Positions 1-9,900 of a stretch of DNA of 64,000 nt are shown one piece after another; within the stretch, counting starts at the first letter, position 1; each line of letters opens with the position of its first letter. The translations under genes were made by a program, and so were the position numbers. The notes beneath the pieces were generated by a model. It saw only the letters and a list, made by a program, of their open reading frames with translations, was not told the origin of the DNA and searched no databases. Source of the DNA: Thermodesulfobacteriota bacterium (lineage in GTDB: Bacteria; Desulfobacterota; Desulfarculia; JACQYL01); assembly GCA_963675595.2 (NCBI GenBank), contig CAXXLZ010000001.1:576001-640000 (forward strand), read 5' to 3'.

Positions 1-177
1 GCCGAGGACGACGGCATGGGCTTTGACCCTCTCACGATAGGAGAGGGAAAGGCCGGATTGGGTTTGCTGGGCATGAGGGAACGTGCGGCGCTGGTGAACG
101 GGAAGTTTCAGCTCAAGGCGGTCCCGGGCAAGGGTACACGTATACGTATCGAGATCCCCATCGAAGAAATGAACTGA
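1..177 (+). CDS. C-terminal fragment of NarX/UhpB-type sensor histidine kinase (HATPase_c), truncated by window edge
   Basis: Frame 1 reads AEDDGMGFD...GLGLLGMRERAALVNG...PGKGTRI (G1/G2 boxes). Stop at 175-177, directly before the response regulator. Confidence 0.9.
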   Translation, partial: AEDDGMGFDPLTIGEGKAGLGLLGMRERAALVNGKFQLKAVPGKGTRIRIEIPIEEMN

Positions 178-178
178 A

Positions 179-853
179 ATGGACAGGAAAATAAAGATAC
201 TTCTGGCGGATGATCACACGATCGTCAGGCAGGGTTTGGAGAAACTGCTGGAGGTGGAACCCGACTTTCTGATCGCCGGACAGGCGCGTACCGGCAGGGA
301 GGCGGTGGATATGATTCAGGAACTCCACCCCGATGTGGTCCTTATGGACATTGCCATGCCGGTGTTGAACGGCATTGAAGCAACGCGTCAGATCAAAAGG
401 AACCATCCCGAAGTCAAGGTCGTCATCCTCTCCATGCACTCCCATGCGCATTATATTAGTGAGCTTTTCGAGGCCGGGATTTCCGGCTACCTCGTCAAGG
501 ATTCCACGGGGAAAGAAATCGTGGATGCGATCCATGCGGCGGTGCGCGGGGAGACCTTTCTGAGCCCCTCCATCTCCAAGAAGCTGGTGGACGACTACGT
601 GGCTCTGAAGCGAAGCACGCGCAAGGAAGACCTTTACAACACGTTGTCCAACCGTGAGCGAGAAGTCTTTCAGATGATCGCCGAGGGGCTGTCGACTAAA
701 GAGATCGCCGAAACGCTGTATATCAGCCCGAGCACGGTAAAGACGCATCGTGCCAACATCATGGAAAAACTACAACTCGAGAATCTTTCGAAGCTGGTTC
801 AGTTCGCCGCCAAGTTGGGGTTGACGGATATGGATGCGAACCCGGCGGCCTAG
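179..853 (+). CDS. NarL/FixJ-family response regulator (REC + LuxR HTH)
   Basis: LADDH, VLMDIAMP, GYLVK and the C-terminal LSNREREV...TVKTHRANIMEKL HTH. Confidence 0.95.
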   Translation: MDRKIKILLADDHTIVRQGLEKLLEVEPDFLIAGQARTGREAVDMIQELHPDVVLMDIAMPVLNGIEATRQIKRNHPEVKVVILSMHSHAHYISELFEAGISGYLVKDSTGKEIVDAIHAAVRGETFLSPSISKKLVDDYVALKRSTRKEDLYNTLSNREREVFQMIAEGLSTKEIAETLYISPSTVKTHRANIMEKLQLENLSKLVQFAAKLGLTDMDANPAA

Positions 854-1516
854 CCGCCACTCCCTTCCCGCAGGACCTCCTTCCCAACGAGCTCTACCCT
901 TAGGGTGTAGCGCACTTCAGGATTCCTCATTGTTTTGTTCAGAGTGTCCGGCTGTTCCGCAGTAGGTTTTGAACTGCGGAAACATCAACCCGGAGACGAT
1001 TCGACTCGTCGGCCCGAAGTCCGAGGAGCTGTCCGTTTGGAAAAAGTCCATTGTGACTTCAGTTAGTTATCATCGGGCTATGTTGGGCCGCGTGTTTTCG
1101 ATGGACGGTCACAAGAGTCATTGGAAGAAAAAATGGACCGTGGATAAGAAAAAAATCGTCTTTTGGACGATGGTAACCCGAAACCACTTTTCGATATACG
1201 GACTATTAGCGTGGCGCATAGCCATCCAGTGCGTCTGCGTTCCCCGATCACCCTGGCAGCAGGACGGGTCCGGCCTCCCCCGGGCCCGTGAAAGGGAAAG
1301 AACCTGAATACCCTGTCTTACAACAAATCAGGGCTCCATTGTGCGATTCGACTCGCGTCGGATAGCGCTCTCCATTTTCTATCCCATCCAACTCGAAGGT
1401 TTGTCGGAGCTTTTCGCCGCAGCCGTTTTCCCGCGCGGCAGCCCTGGGCTTGGGTTGCGGGGTGAAGCGCGCGACCGTGAGATAACCTTGAGCATTTATT
1501 CAGAAAAGGAGGAAAT

Positions 1517-2473
1517 ATGTTTAAGTTCGCTACTGAGCAGAAAGTCGCCGAAGTCGGAGGGGTGAAGTTTGGGGGTCAGCCGGGCGAGTATCCCTGTGTG
1601 TGCTGCGCTTCGATCTTCCAGAAGGGTGACAAGGTATTCGAAGGCAAGAAGAGGAAAGAAGGATTCAACGAGGAATACGGACTCGAGCTGTTACAGTCCG
1701 CGGAGAAGATGTGGGATGAAACCGGGGTTCCCATTATGGCGGACATTGTGGCGAATACCGGAGCGGAGTTTCAGCAGTTTATCGATTTTGTGACCAATAA
1801 TTCGAAGCTCCCCTTCTGCGTGGATGCCTGGGTCATGAAGCCCAAACTCGAAGGCGCCGCATATTGCGCTGAGAAGGGTCTTTTGGACCGCATGTTCTAC
1901 AACAGCTTGACGGTGTGGGAACAGGACCTGGAAACGGAGATCAAGGAAATCGCCGACATCGGCGTCAAGCACGTGCTTCTGGTTGCTTTCGATCAGGAAG
2001 ACCAAATGCCTTCCGGACGAATCACAGGGACCCAGAAACTACTGGATGTCATTGACAAGGTGGGCGCCAAATTTGAAACGATTTTCGTGGACACGTCGGT
2101 CATGAATGCTCCCGCGACGGCCATGTGCTCCATCGCCAACCGGATGGTCAAAGAGAAATGGGGATTCCCCGCATCGAGCGCTCCCAGCAACGGCTCCTAC
2201 ATGTGGAAAAAAGCCGCCCAGGACAAATGGGGATTCAAGGGCTGGTCCGCAACGGACGCTTCCCTCGAAGGGCTGTCCGCCTTCATGTATCACGACATGA
2301 TTTTCAGCGGTCCCATGGCGGGCTGCTCGCGCATTGCACCCGCGGTGGCGTTGGCGGAAGCTTTCCTGGCCACATGGGTGTTCGCCGAAACGAAGAAACT
2401 TCCCGAGTTGGCAACCCACCCGCTGTACAAGGTGTTCCCGGATTTCGCCGAGCAGATGAAGGGTATGATGTAG
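1517..2473 (+). CDS. MtrH/MtgA-like methylcorrinoid:tetrahydrofolate (pterin) methyltransferase
   Basis: N-terminus MFKF..EQKV..VGGVKFGGQPGEYP is typical of the MtrH family, and the end is HPLYKVF. SD AAGGAGG upstream. Confidence 0.88.
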   Translation: MFKFATEQKVAEVGGVKFGGQPGEYPCVCCASIFQKGDKVFEGKKRKEGFNEEYGLELLQSAEKMWDETGVPIMADIVANTGAEFQQFIDFVTNNSKLPFCVDAWVMKPKLEGAAYCAEKGLLDRMFYNSLTVWEQDLETEIKEIADIGVKHVLLVAFDQEDQMPSGRITGTQKLLDVIDKVGAKFETIFVDTSVMNAPATAMCSIANRMVKEKWGFPASSAPSNGSYMWKKAAQDKWGFKGWSATDASLEGLSAFMYHDMIFSGPMAGCSRIAPAVALAEAFLATWVFAETKKLPELATHPLYKVFPDFAEQMKGMM

Positions 2474-2536
2474 AGCGGAAGAGAATCCTGAAGCAGAAAA
2501 ACCATGTCCACAGGGGGACGAAAGGAGCGAGTAAGA

Positions 2537-3589
2537 ATGGCTGAAATGACGCCGAAGGAAAGAGTGCTTAGCCTGTTGAAGAGAGAACCCATCGATACCA
2601 TGCCCTTCTTCAGCGGTATGGGTATGGTGGTCATGCCGGGGATCAAGAAAGCCGGATTGAAGTTTCCTCAGGTGCACACGGACCCGAACAAAATGGCCCA
2701 GTCGGCGATCTGGTCCGCCAAGCTGATGGACTTTGATTGCGTGGTCATTCCTTACGACATGTGTATGGAATCCGAGGCCATGGGAAACAAGATCAGCTTG
2801 TACGAGGATTCCGAAGACATCCTCTATCCGACCATCCCCAATAAGCAATGGAAAACCATGGACGAGGTAGTGGTGCCCAAGAACATTATGGAATTGGGTC
2901 GCATGCCGCTGGTTCCCAAAGCTATTGAAATCATCAAGAAGGAAGCGCCGGAGTATCCCGTGGGGTGCTGGGTGCTCGGACCGTTCACCCAGACCGGCCA
3001 AGTTCTGGAACTGGACATGATCCTCAAGGCCGTTTTCAAGCAGAAGAGCCAGGTTGAAGCGCAGCTGGACAAGATGACCGAAATGGCGATCATTGAAGGA
3101 CAGGCCTTCCAGGCCGCCGGATGCGACTACATTACGCTCCGGGAGCCGGGGGTGGCCGCCGACCTGCTCAGCCCGAAAACGTTCAAGGAAATGATCAAGC
3201 CCAGACTGACCCGAATTCTCGAGGCTTGGAAGTCCCCGAAGATCCTCCATATCTGTGGTTCCTGCGACCCATTGGTGGAAATGATGGCCGATTGCGGCGC
3301 CGACGCCATCACGGTGGACATCAAGACCAGCATCGCCGACGCTCGAAAGAAGCTGGGCGACGATGTGTTGATCTTCGGGAACCTGGACACCTACAATATG
3401 ACGTGCAAGCCGGAAACGCCCAAAGAGATGGTGGTGGAAGAAATCAAGAAGACCATCGACAACGGCGTGGACGCGGTCATGCCCGGCTGCGACTTGTGGC
3501 CCGACATCAAGGAAGAGAATATGCTGGCTTGTGTCCAAACGACACACGAGTACGGCAAAAAACCCAGTCCGGCCGGCAAACGTTTATAG
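2537..3589 (+). CDS. MtaA/CmuA-family (UroD fold) Zn methyltransferase
   Basis: MTPKERV start, LGPFT, LHICG (HxC Zn ligands) and MPGCDL (third Zn ligand). Start moved to ATG 2537 behind AAGGAG. Confidence 0.92.
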   Translation: MAEMTPKERVLSLLKREPIDTMPFFSGMGMVVMPGIKKAGLKFPQVHTDPNKMAQSAIWSAKLMDFDCVVIPYDMCMESEAMGNKISLYEDSEDILYPTIPNKQWKTMDEVVVPKNIMELGRMPLVPKAIEIIKKEAPEYPVGCWVLGPFTQTGQVLELDMILKAVFKQKSQVEAQLDKMTEMAIIEGQAFQAAGCDYITLREPGVAADLLSPKTFKEMIKPRLTRILEAWKSPKILHICGSCDPLVEMMADCGADAITVDIKTSIADARKKLGDDVLIFGNLDTYNMTCKPETPKEMVVEEIKKTIDNGVDAVMPGCDLWPDIKEENMLACVQTTHEYGKKPSPAGKRL

Positions 3590-3628
3590 CAGTTGAAAGA
3601 CCTATAATCACGAAAAGGAGTTTGAGAC

Positions 3629-4300
3629 ATGGCGACGAAAGAAGAGATTTTGAAGGGACTTAGTGATTCCGTAGTGGAGTACAATGAAGACGGCGTTAAG
3701 GAATGGTCCAACAAAGCGTTGGAAGAAAAAGTGGACCCCCTTGAGGCGATCATGGACGGTTTGGCTCACGGCATGCAGATCGTGGGCGATCTCTATGAAC
3801 GTAATGAATACTTTGTGCCGGAAGTTCTGATGTGCGCCGATGCGCTTTACGCCGGTCTGGACATTCTTCGACCCCACGTGCCCCAAGAGCAAAGCGGCAA
3901 GATGAAGGGCCAGGTCGTCATCGGTTCCATCCAGGGCGACGTGCACGATATCGGTAAGAACTTGGTGAAGATGATGTTCGACGTAGCGGGCTTCGAGGTT
4001 TACGACCTGGGCCGCGACGTGCCTCTGGAGAACTTCGTGAAGGAGCAGCTCCGCACGGATTCGGAAATCGTGGCCATGAGCGCCATGATGACCACCACCA
4101 TGCTGGGCATGAAGAAGGTCATCAAGATGATCAAAGAAAAGAACCCCAACGTGATGATCATGTTGGGCGGGGCCCCCGTGACCCGTGACGTATCCACGCT
4201 GTTCGGCGCCGACGGCTACGCGGAAAGTGCCGGAAACGCGGTTACCGAAGGAATCAAGATGATTGGGCGCCTCAGGGAAGTGGAAGGCAAGAACAGATAA
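3629..4300 (+). CDS. Corrinoid (B12-binding) methyltransferase protein, MtaC/MtbC type
   Basis: Helical cap (EYFVPEVL), GDVHDIGKNLV (DxHxxG), SAMMTTT, MLGGAP. Confidence 0.95.
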   Translation: MATKEEILKGLSDSVVEYNEDGVKEWSNKALEEKVDPLEAIMDGLAHGMQIVGDLYERNEYFVPEVLMCADALYAGLDILRPHVPQEQSGKMKGQVVIGSIQGDVHDIGKNLVKMMFDVAGFEVYDLGRDVPLENFVKEQLRTDSEIVAMSAMMTTTMLGMKKVIKMIKEKNPNVMIMLGGAPVTRDVSTLFGADGYAESAGNAVTEGIKMIGRLREVEGKNR

Positions 4301-4477
4301 TGTGCGATCCGCCGTGGCCTTTTGGGGCACGGCGGGTTATGAAGGGTCCGGATTCCGTTGCCGGGACTGGTCTGGACGCGGGTCCGGATTCACCGCATAC
4401 GTGTTGGACGAACCGTGCGCGGGAACAAAGACGTTTCGCCGGAGAGGCGGAAGAGAACGACTGGAGGAAAGGCGTTA

Positions 4478-6535
4478 ATGGCAAACGACGATACTGTGAT
4501 GGTGATATTCCAACCTTCCGCTCGCCGGGGGCGTGTAAAAAAAGGCTTGAACATTATCGAAGCCTCGCGTGACATCGGTGTGGATATTGAGGCCCTGTGC
4601 GGGGAGAAGAAAGTCTGCGGAAAATGCAAGGTCCGCATCGAGGAAGGGTACTTCGAAAAATATAATATAACGTCCAACATGTCCCATGTTTCTGAATGGC
4701 AGGAAGAGGAAGCCAAGTTCATCAAGGGCAAGGAAAAGGAAGAAGGCTTTCGCCTCGGCTGCGTGGCCAAGATAATGGACGACGTCCTGATTTTCGTGCC
4801 CGAGGAATCCCGCGCCGGTAAGCAGGTGGTGAGCAAGGCGGCCCGCGACATCCATATCGACAACAACCCCGCGGTGAAAACCTACTATGTGGAAATGGAT
4901 CCGCCGACCTTTGAAGAGCCGAGAGGCGACTTTGAGCGCATCGAGGACGAACTGGAAAGAGAGTTCGGTCTCAAGAATCTCCGGCCGGACATCCAGTGCC
5001 TCAGAGACATTCCGGCTGCGGTACGAGACGGCGACTGGAAGGTTACCGCGTGGGTGTGGAACGACCGCGAGGTCATTCGGGTCATGCCCGGAAAAGTGGA
5101 AGACTCCTACGGGATCGCCATCGATATCGGTACCACGACGGTTGCCGGGTATTTCTGCAACCTTCGCACCATGGAGGTGATCAACACCCGTTCCATGATG
5201 AATCCCCAGTGTAAGTACGGTGAGGACGTCATGGCCCGGATCACCTACCATATGATGAACGAGGGCGGCCTTAAACGAATGAGCGATGAGATCATCGCCG
5301 GCTTGAATACCATCATCGACGACCTCGTCGCGGGAACTCATCCGCCCAAGGATCGCAAGAAAAAGAAGAAGGCGGAGGAGGAAGAGCTGGAGGACTTGCC
5401 GGAAAAAGAAGATGAGAGCAAGTACCTGTGCCTGGATCGTGAGGACATCGTTGACCTTACCCTGGTGTTCAACACGGCCATGCATCACATCTGCCTTCAG
5501 CTCGACCCGCAGTACGTCGGACTGGCTCCCTTTCCGCCGGTAATCCATAAGGGGCTCGACGTCAAAGCACGCGATTTGGGACTGAACCTCAACAAGTGCG
5601 CCTTCGTGCACGTGCTCCCCAATGAAGCCGGTTTCGTGGGCGCGGACAACGTGGGCGTGCTCATCGCCGAGGAGCCGTACAAGAAGGATGAGATGGCGCT
5701 GCTCATCGACATCGGCACCAACGGTGAATTGGTTTTGGGCAACAAACACAAGATGGTTTCCTCCTCCTGTGCCACCGGTCCGGCCTTGGAAGGCGCTCAG
5801 CTCAGCTACGGCATGCGGGCGGCCCCGGGTGCCATCGAGCGTATCGAGATCGATCCGGAAACACACGAGGTCAGTTACAAGACCATCGGTTGTGATGCGT
5901 GGTCCAAGTTCGCGGATAAGAAGGACCTTAAGACCAAGGGCATCTGCGGGTCAGGTATTCTGGACGTGCTGGCCGAACTGTACAAGTCCGGCGTCATCAA
6001 CAAGGCCGGGCGGTTCAGCAAGGACCAGAAGTCCAATCGGTACCGGATCAATCCCGAAACCAAGCAGCCTGAATTCGTCATCGCGTGGTCCGACGAAACT
6101 TCCATTAAGAAGGACGTGGTGATTTCGCAGAAGGACATCCGGCAGATTCAGTTGGCCAAGGGTGCCTTGTATTGCGGGTGCAAGCTCATGATGCGCCGCA
6201 TGGGCGTGGATAAGGTGGACACCATCAAGATCGCCGGTGCGTTCGGTACGCATGTGGACCGGGCCAAGGCGTTGATCATGGGGCTGTTCCCCGACTGTGA
6301 AATCGAAAAGATTCATTCCGTGGGCAATGCCGCCGGTGACGGCGCGCGCTGCGCACTGCTGAACAAGGAGAAGCGGACTGAGGCCAACTGGGTGGCCAGA
6401 AACGTGGAATACATCGAACTGACGGTGGAAGAGGATTTCCAGAAGCAGTTCATGGAAGCCATGCAGATTCCGCACATGACCGATCCTTTCCCGCATCTGA
6501 GAGGCGTGGTGAAAGACGAGATTCTGGACCAGTAG
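4478..6535 (+). CDS. ASKHA-family reductive activator of corrinoid proteins (RACo/RACE) with N-terminal 2Fe-2S domain
   Basis: CGEKKVCGKC...RLGC ferredoxin motif, IDIGTTT, YGEDVMARI, GFVGAD, IDIGTNGE, CATGPALEG, GICGSG, GNAAGDGA. Likely start is ATG 4478 behind GGAGG. Confidence 0.95.
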   Translation: MANDDTVMVIFQPSARRGRVKKGLNIIEASRDIGVDIEALCGEKKVCGKCKVRIEEGYFEKYNITSNMSHVSEWQEEEAKFIKGKEKEEGFRLGCVAKIMDDVLIFVPEESRAGKQVVSKAARDIHIDNNPAVKTYYVEMDPPTFEEPRGDFERIEDELEREFGLKNLRPDIQCLRDIPAAVRDGDWKVTAWVWNDREVIRVMPGKVEDSYGIAIDIGTTTVAGYFCNLRTMEVINTRSMMNPQCKYGEDVMARITYHMMNEGGLKRMSDEIIAGLNTIIDDLVAGTHPPKDRKKKKKAEEEELEDLPEKEDESKYLCLDREDIVDLTLVFNTAMHHICLQLDPQYVGLAPFPPVIHKGLDVKARDLGLNLNKCAFVHVLPNEAGFVGADNVGVLIAEEPYKKDEMALLIDIGTNGELVLGNKHKMVSSSCATGPALEGAQLSYGMRAAPGAIERIEIDPETHEVSYKTIGCDAWSKFADKKDLKTKGICGSGILDVLAELYKSGVINKAGRFSKDQKSNRYRINPETKQPEFVIAWSDETSIKKDVVISQKDIRQIQLAKGALYCGCKLMMRRMGVDKVDTIKIAGAFGTHVDRAKALIMGLFPDCEIEKIHSVGNAAGDGARCALLNKEKRTEANWVARNVEYIELTVEEDFQKQFMEAMQIPHMTDPFPHLRGVVKDEILDQ

Positions 6536-6586
6536 GGGAAGACATCCTCGGAGGGCTCAGTGCCCTCCGGGGGATTTCGAGGTTGT

Positions 6587-6913
6587 ATGAAAGTTCGAGT
6601 GGATCCTGGAATTTGTGGATTTCATTGTAAGATTGAAGCGGTAAAACAAGAGAAGTATCGAGTTAAGTTGAGCATCGAGAGCGAATGCAAACTTATTCGG
6701 CATTTGGCTGATGAAGTCGTGGAAATGGACATGAGAGACGTGGTGGGAAAACCGCACGGCACGAGCGTGTTGGTCCAAAACGCGGGTCGCTGCCGTCTTC
6801 ACGCGGCATGTCCCATACCCATGGCGTGTATCAAGGCTGTCGAGGCGGAACTAGGTTTGGCGTTGCCGCGACCGGTTCGAATCGACTTCGAGGAGGAAGA
6901 CGGGCAAAGTTAA
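6587..6913 (+). CDS. Small Cys-rich conserved protein (DUF6951-like)
   Basis: PGICGF...SEC...CRLHAACPIP..IKAVEAELGLALP pattern. Follows the activator gene. Confidence 0.7.
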   Translation: MKVRVDPGICGFHCKIEAVKQEKYRVKLSIESECKLIRHLADEVVEMDMRDVVGKPHGTSVLVQNAGRCRLHAACPIPMACIKAVEAELGLALPRPVRIDFEEEDGQS

Positions 6914-7525
6914 GGAGGCCTTTCGCGCACCATGCTTGGCGAGTCGACAAGGTGGCCCCTATAGCGCTATAATTTTGTTTAAACGGTATAAATAAGCTGT
7001 GAGAGACCGATGACGGTTGTTGCACCTGCGAACAGATCTCTGCCGCGGTTCCCCTCGGGCGGGAGGTGACGTTACCCTTCCGGCGCCGGGATGCGTTCGG
7101 TGGTGTTCGACCGAAACCTCGCAGGTTCGCCGTGGGGTCTTGCGCGGAAGTCCGGCCCCGTCTCACGCCGCCGAAGAGTTCTTTCCGGCGGGAAACGCCC
7201 TGTAGATCAAAGACGTTCGTCTCAGATCATCCATCACTTTCCCAACGCATTCATTGAAGCATCGATCGTAGATAGGTTCTGCCAGGGTTCCCCGGTGACT
7301 CGATCCGGAGCTTTACTCGAGGCTCTCGAGAAGAGTGACCGCGATCCTGAACGTCCAACCGGTTCACATTGGAGACCAACGGACGCCCCCATTAGGCGTC
7401 TCAAGGCTTACCCTCGGACACTTTTGTTACTCCCGTTGGGGGGCGGGAACAACCAAGGTTCCGGCAGGGTGAAGTGTGAAGTAAGGTGAAGGTAAGAAGG
7501 ACCGAAACCAAGTAAGGAGGTACAC

Positions 7526-8587
7526 ATGGCGAAACAGCTACTCATTGATGCGTACCACGGAAAGAAGACCAAGGGTGTTCCGTGGGTGCCCTATGCCGGG
7601 GTTCATTGCGCATTCGTCATCGGGGAACCCGGTGACAAGTACATGCAGGACCCCGAGCTCCTGGCCAAGGGCGTGGTGGAGACGGCCAAGCTGTACAAGG
7701 CGGACGGAATTCCGTTGGTCTTCGACCTTTCCGTTGAGGCCACTTCCATGGGTTGCGGCATCAAATGGTGGCCGGATAACGTGCCCAGCGTAACGACGCA
7801 CCCCGCCGCCGGCTGCAGCGTAGCGGAAGCCGGACTGAAGATTCCCGGTCCCACCGACGGTCGCTGGCCCGTCCTCATCGAAGCGGCCAAGATCGCCAAA
7901 CCTCAACTGGACGAACTGGATTGCGCACTGATGGGCCTGCTTTGCGGGCCTCTCACCTTGGCCGCCCATCTCAAAGGCGTCAAAGTGTTTACGGATGTCT
8001 ACAAAGACAAAGCGGCCGCGCATGACGTAATCTCGTTCTCAGGCAAGGTGGCAGCCAAATCCGCCGAGATCTACGCCGACATGGGATGCGACATCATCGC
8101 CATCGTCGATCCCGTGGCTTCGCAGATCAAAGATGAAACCTTCCAAGAATTCGTAACCCCCAATTGCCAAGAAGCCATCAAAGTGATCCACGAACACGGA
8201 AAGACCTCCTCTTTCTTCATTTGTGGAGACGCCACCAAGGTGATGAAGTCCGTGGCTACCCTCGGGACCCATGGATTCGCCATCGACGAGCAGTTAAACA
8301 TGAACTTTGTCCGCGACATCGCTCTGAAATACGGCGTTGGATTCGGCGGCAACTTGAAGCTCACCCTGGCTCTTTCCCTGGGTCTGCTTTCTCCTCGTGA
8401 AGACGCCATTGTGAGTCTGGCCGCGGGAGGGTGCCACGGCTACACCTTCGCCCCTGGGTGAGACATGCCTTACGATGTTCCGGTGGAACATATGCAGCAG
8501 GCCATGGAGGCGAGAGACTGGTACTACGAATACTACGCCGCCTATCCCGATGATCCCGATATCGCGAAGACCTTCAAGGTCGCGTAA
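7526..8587 (+). CDS. Putative selenocysteine-containing MtaA/UroD-fold methyltransferase (353 aa, Sec312)
   Basis: TGA at 8459-8461 falls in FAPG-U-DMPYDVP, equivalent to PG-C-DL of the paralogue. The frame stays open for 41 more codons to TAA at 8585-8587, which overlaps the SD of the next gene. Confidence 0.88.
8475..8491 (+). promoter_or_regulatory. Bacterial SECIS-like hairpin
   Basis: ATGTTCC-GGT-GGAACAT, a perfect 7-bp stem with a G-containing loop starting 20 nt after the UGA. Confidence 0.75.
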
Positions 8588-8598
8588 GGAGGTTGGAT

Positions 8599-8985
8599 AT
8601 GGCAACCATCAACATCGATATCCTCACACTGGACAGCGTTCAATGCGCGGCGTGCGGATATATGACGGAGGCCATCGCGGCCCTGCCGGATGACGTCCAG
8701 CAGCTGATTCAGTACAAGGAATGGTCGATCAAGCAGAAGGAGGGCATCGGTAAGTTCCTCGAGCTGAAGGGGAAGGTGCTTCCCACCATCTGTATCCAGG
8801 GTGACCTGGTATTTGAGAGTATCATTCCCCAATACGAGGAATTGATCGACGAAATGGCCAAAAGGGCTCCCAGCCCGGAGGTCGCCGATCGGCTCAAATC
8901 TCTCAGAGAGAAGGGCTTCGACTTCGAAAAAATCCAGGAGAACCTGGCGAAAGCCGGTGCGGGGCAGAACACCAGAGCGAATTAG
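8599..8985 (+). CDS. Thioredoxin-fold protein (CxxC), methyltransferase-associated
   Basis: IDILTLDSVQCAACGYM and cis-Pro motif LPTICI. SD AAGGAGG at 8586-8592. Confidence 0.85.
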   Translation: MATINIDILTLDSVQCAACGYMTEAIAALPDDVQQLIQYKEWSIKQKEGIGKFLELKGKVLPTICIQGDLVFESIIPQYEELIDEMAKRAPSPEVADRLKSLREKGFDFEKIQENLAKAGAGQNTRAN

Positions 8986-9018
8986 CCCCGCTCCCCCGGC
9001 TTCTAGCCGAAACGATTT

Positions 9019-9051
9019 CCATAACCGCCGGGTGCTTCCCGGCGGTTATGG
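9019..9051 (+). terminator. Strong hairpin (terminator or mRNA-stabilising stem)
   Basis: CCATAACCGCCGGG-TGCTT-CCCGGCGGTTATGG, a 14-bp stem with only a weak U-tract. Confidence 0.55.
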
Positions 9052-9246
9052 GATTTCGCCCCTCCGATCCTCGATAAGCGTTTTATTCGCCGAGAACGGG
9101 AACCCGGATTTTTGAACAGATGAGTTCCCGCGAGGTTGGGGGCGAGGGAATTGTCTGCGTGAAGCAGGGGAGACGAAACGCGCATCAAACGGGGATCTTT
9201 TCCCGGCAACTATTTAAGATGAGTCAGGAAAGGGGTGTTCTTCAGG

Positions 9247-9585
9247 TTGCCTAAAATCCATTTGGAGATCATCTATCAGGGAGAGCATTGCCCACAGTGT
9301 TTTTACATGCTCGAGGCCGTTGAGACGGTGGCGCCCAAGTTTGGGGACCGTATCAGCTATGAACTCATCGAGTACACCAAAAACAAAGCTCACGCCCGTC
9401 GTTTCTATGAACTTTCCGTTTCCCTCCATGGCGAAAAAGCGGTTCGAGGGCTGGTCAGGGTAGCGCCGATACCCTCCATATTCATCGGCGGCAAACTGGT
9501 TTTCGATTGTATTCCGCCCTTGGATGAACTCGAAGAGACTCTCGCCGGGCATCTGGCCTTGGCCGAGGGGCAGGCTTCGGAGTGA
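9247..9585 (+). CDS. Thioredoxin-fold protein (CPQC)
   Basis: IIYQGEHCPQCFYM...PIPSIFIGG. Start is either TTG 9247 or GTG 9235. Confidence 0.82.
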   Translation: MPKIHLEIIYQGEHCPQCFYMLEAVETVAPKFGDRISYELIEYTKNKAHARRFYELSVSLHGEKAVRGLVRVAPIPSIFIGGKLVFDCIPPLDELEETLAGHLALAEGQASE

Positions 9586-9591
9586 ATTCCC

Positions 9592-9876
9592 ATGGCCAAA
9601 GTTCGATTGGAGGTCGTTTACGAGGGGGACCATTGTATTCCGTGCGTCTACATGGCGAGACTCGTAGAGGAAGTGGTCCCGCGTTTCGGTGAAAAGGTGA
9701 CTTGGGAGAAAATCGTGCTGCGGGACAAGGCAGGCGCCAAACGGTTTCATGAGCTGTCCGTTGCCATGGGCAGACCGGCTCCCATACCCTCCATCTTTAT
9801 TGACGGAGAACTACGATTTTCCATAACACCGGCGGCCGAGGACCTGGAAGCCGCCTTACGTGAGTGCTTGGACTGA
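9592..9876 (+). CDS. Thioredoxin-fold protein (CIPC)
   Basis: VVYEGDHCIPCVYM...PIPSIFIDG. Clear paralogue of the previous gene. Confidence 0.85.
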   Translation: MAKVRLEVVYEGDHCIPCVYMARLVEEVVPRFGEKVTWEKIVLRDKAGAKRFHELSVAMGRPAPIPSIFIDGELRFSITPAAEDLEAALRECLD

Positions 9877-9900
9877 GTTGCGTGTCCATGGTTCGGATGC

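Noticed and set aside
893-911. CTACCCTTAGGGTGTAG imperfect palindrome as a NarL-type box
   Set aside because: Plausible, but only loosely similar to other candidates (30040, 61441), so it cannot be supported without comparative data.
2039-5866. Long antisense ORFs (2039..3547, 3608..4330, 4475..5866) and similar ones elsewhere
   Set aside because: Shadow frames of real GC-rich genes, with no motifs or ribosome binding sites.
8475-8693. Track ORF of 72 aa after the apparent stop of 7526..8461
   Set aside because: It is in a different frame. The region is better explained as the Sec-readthrough C-terminus plus the start of the next gene.
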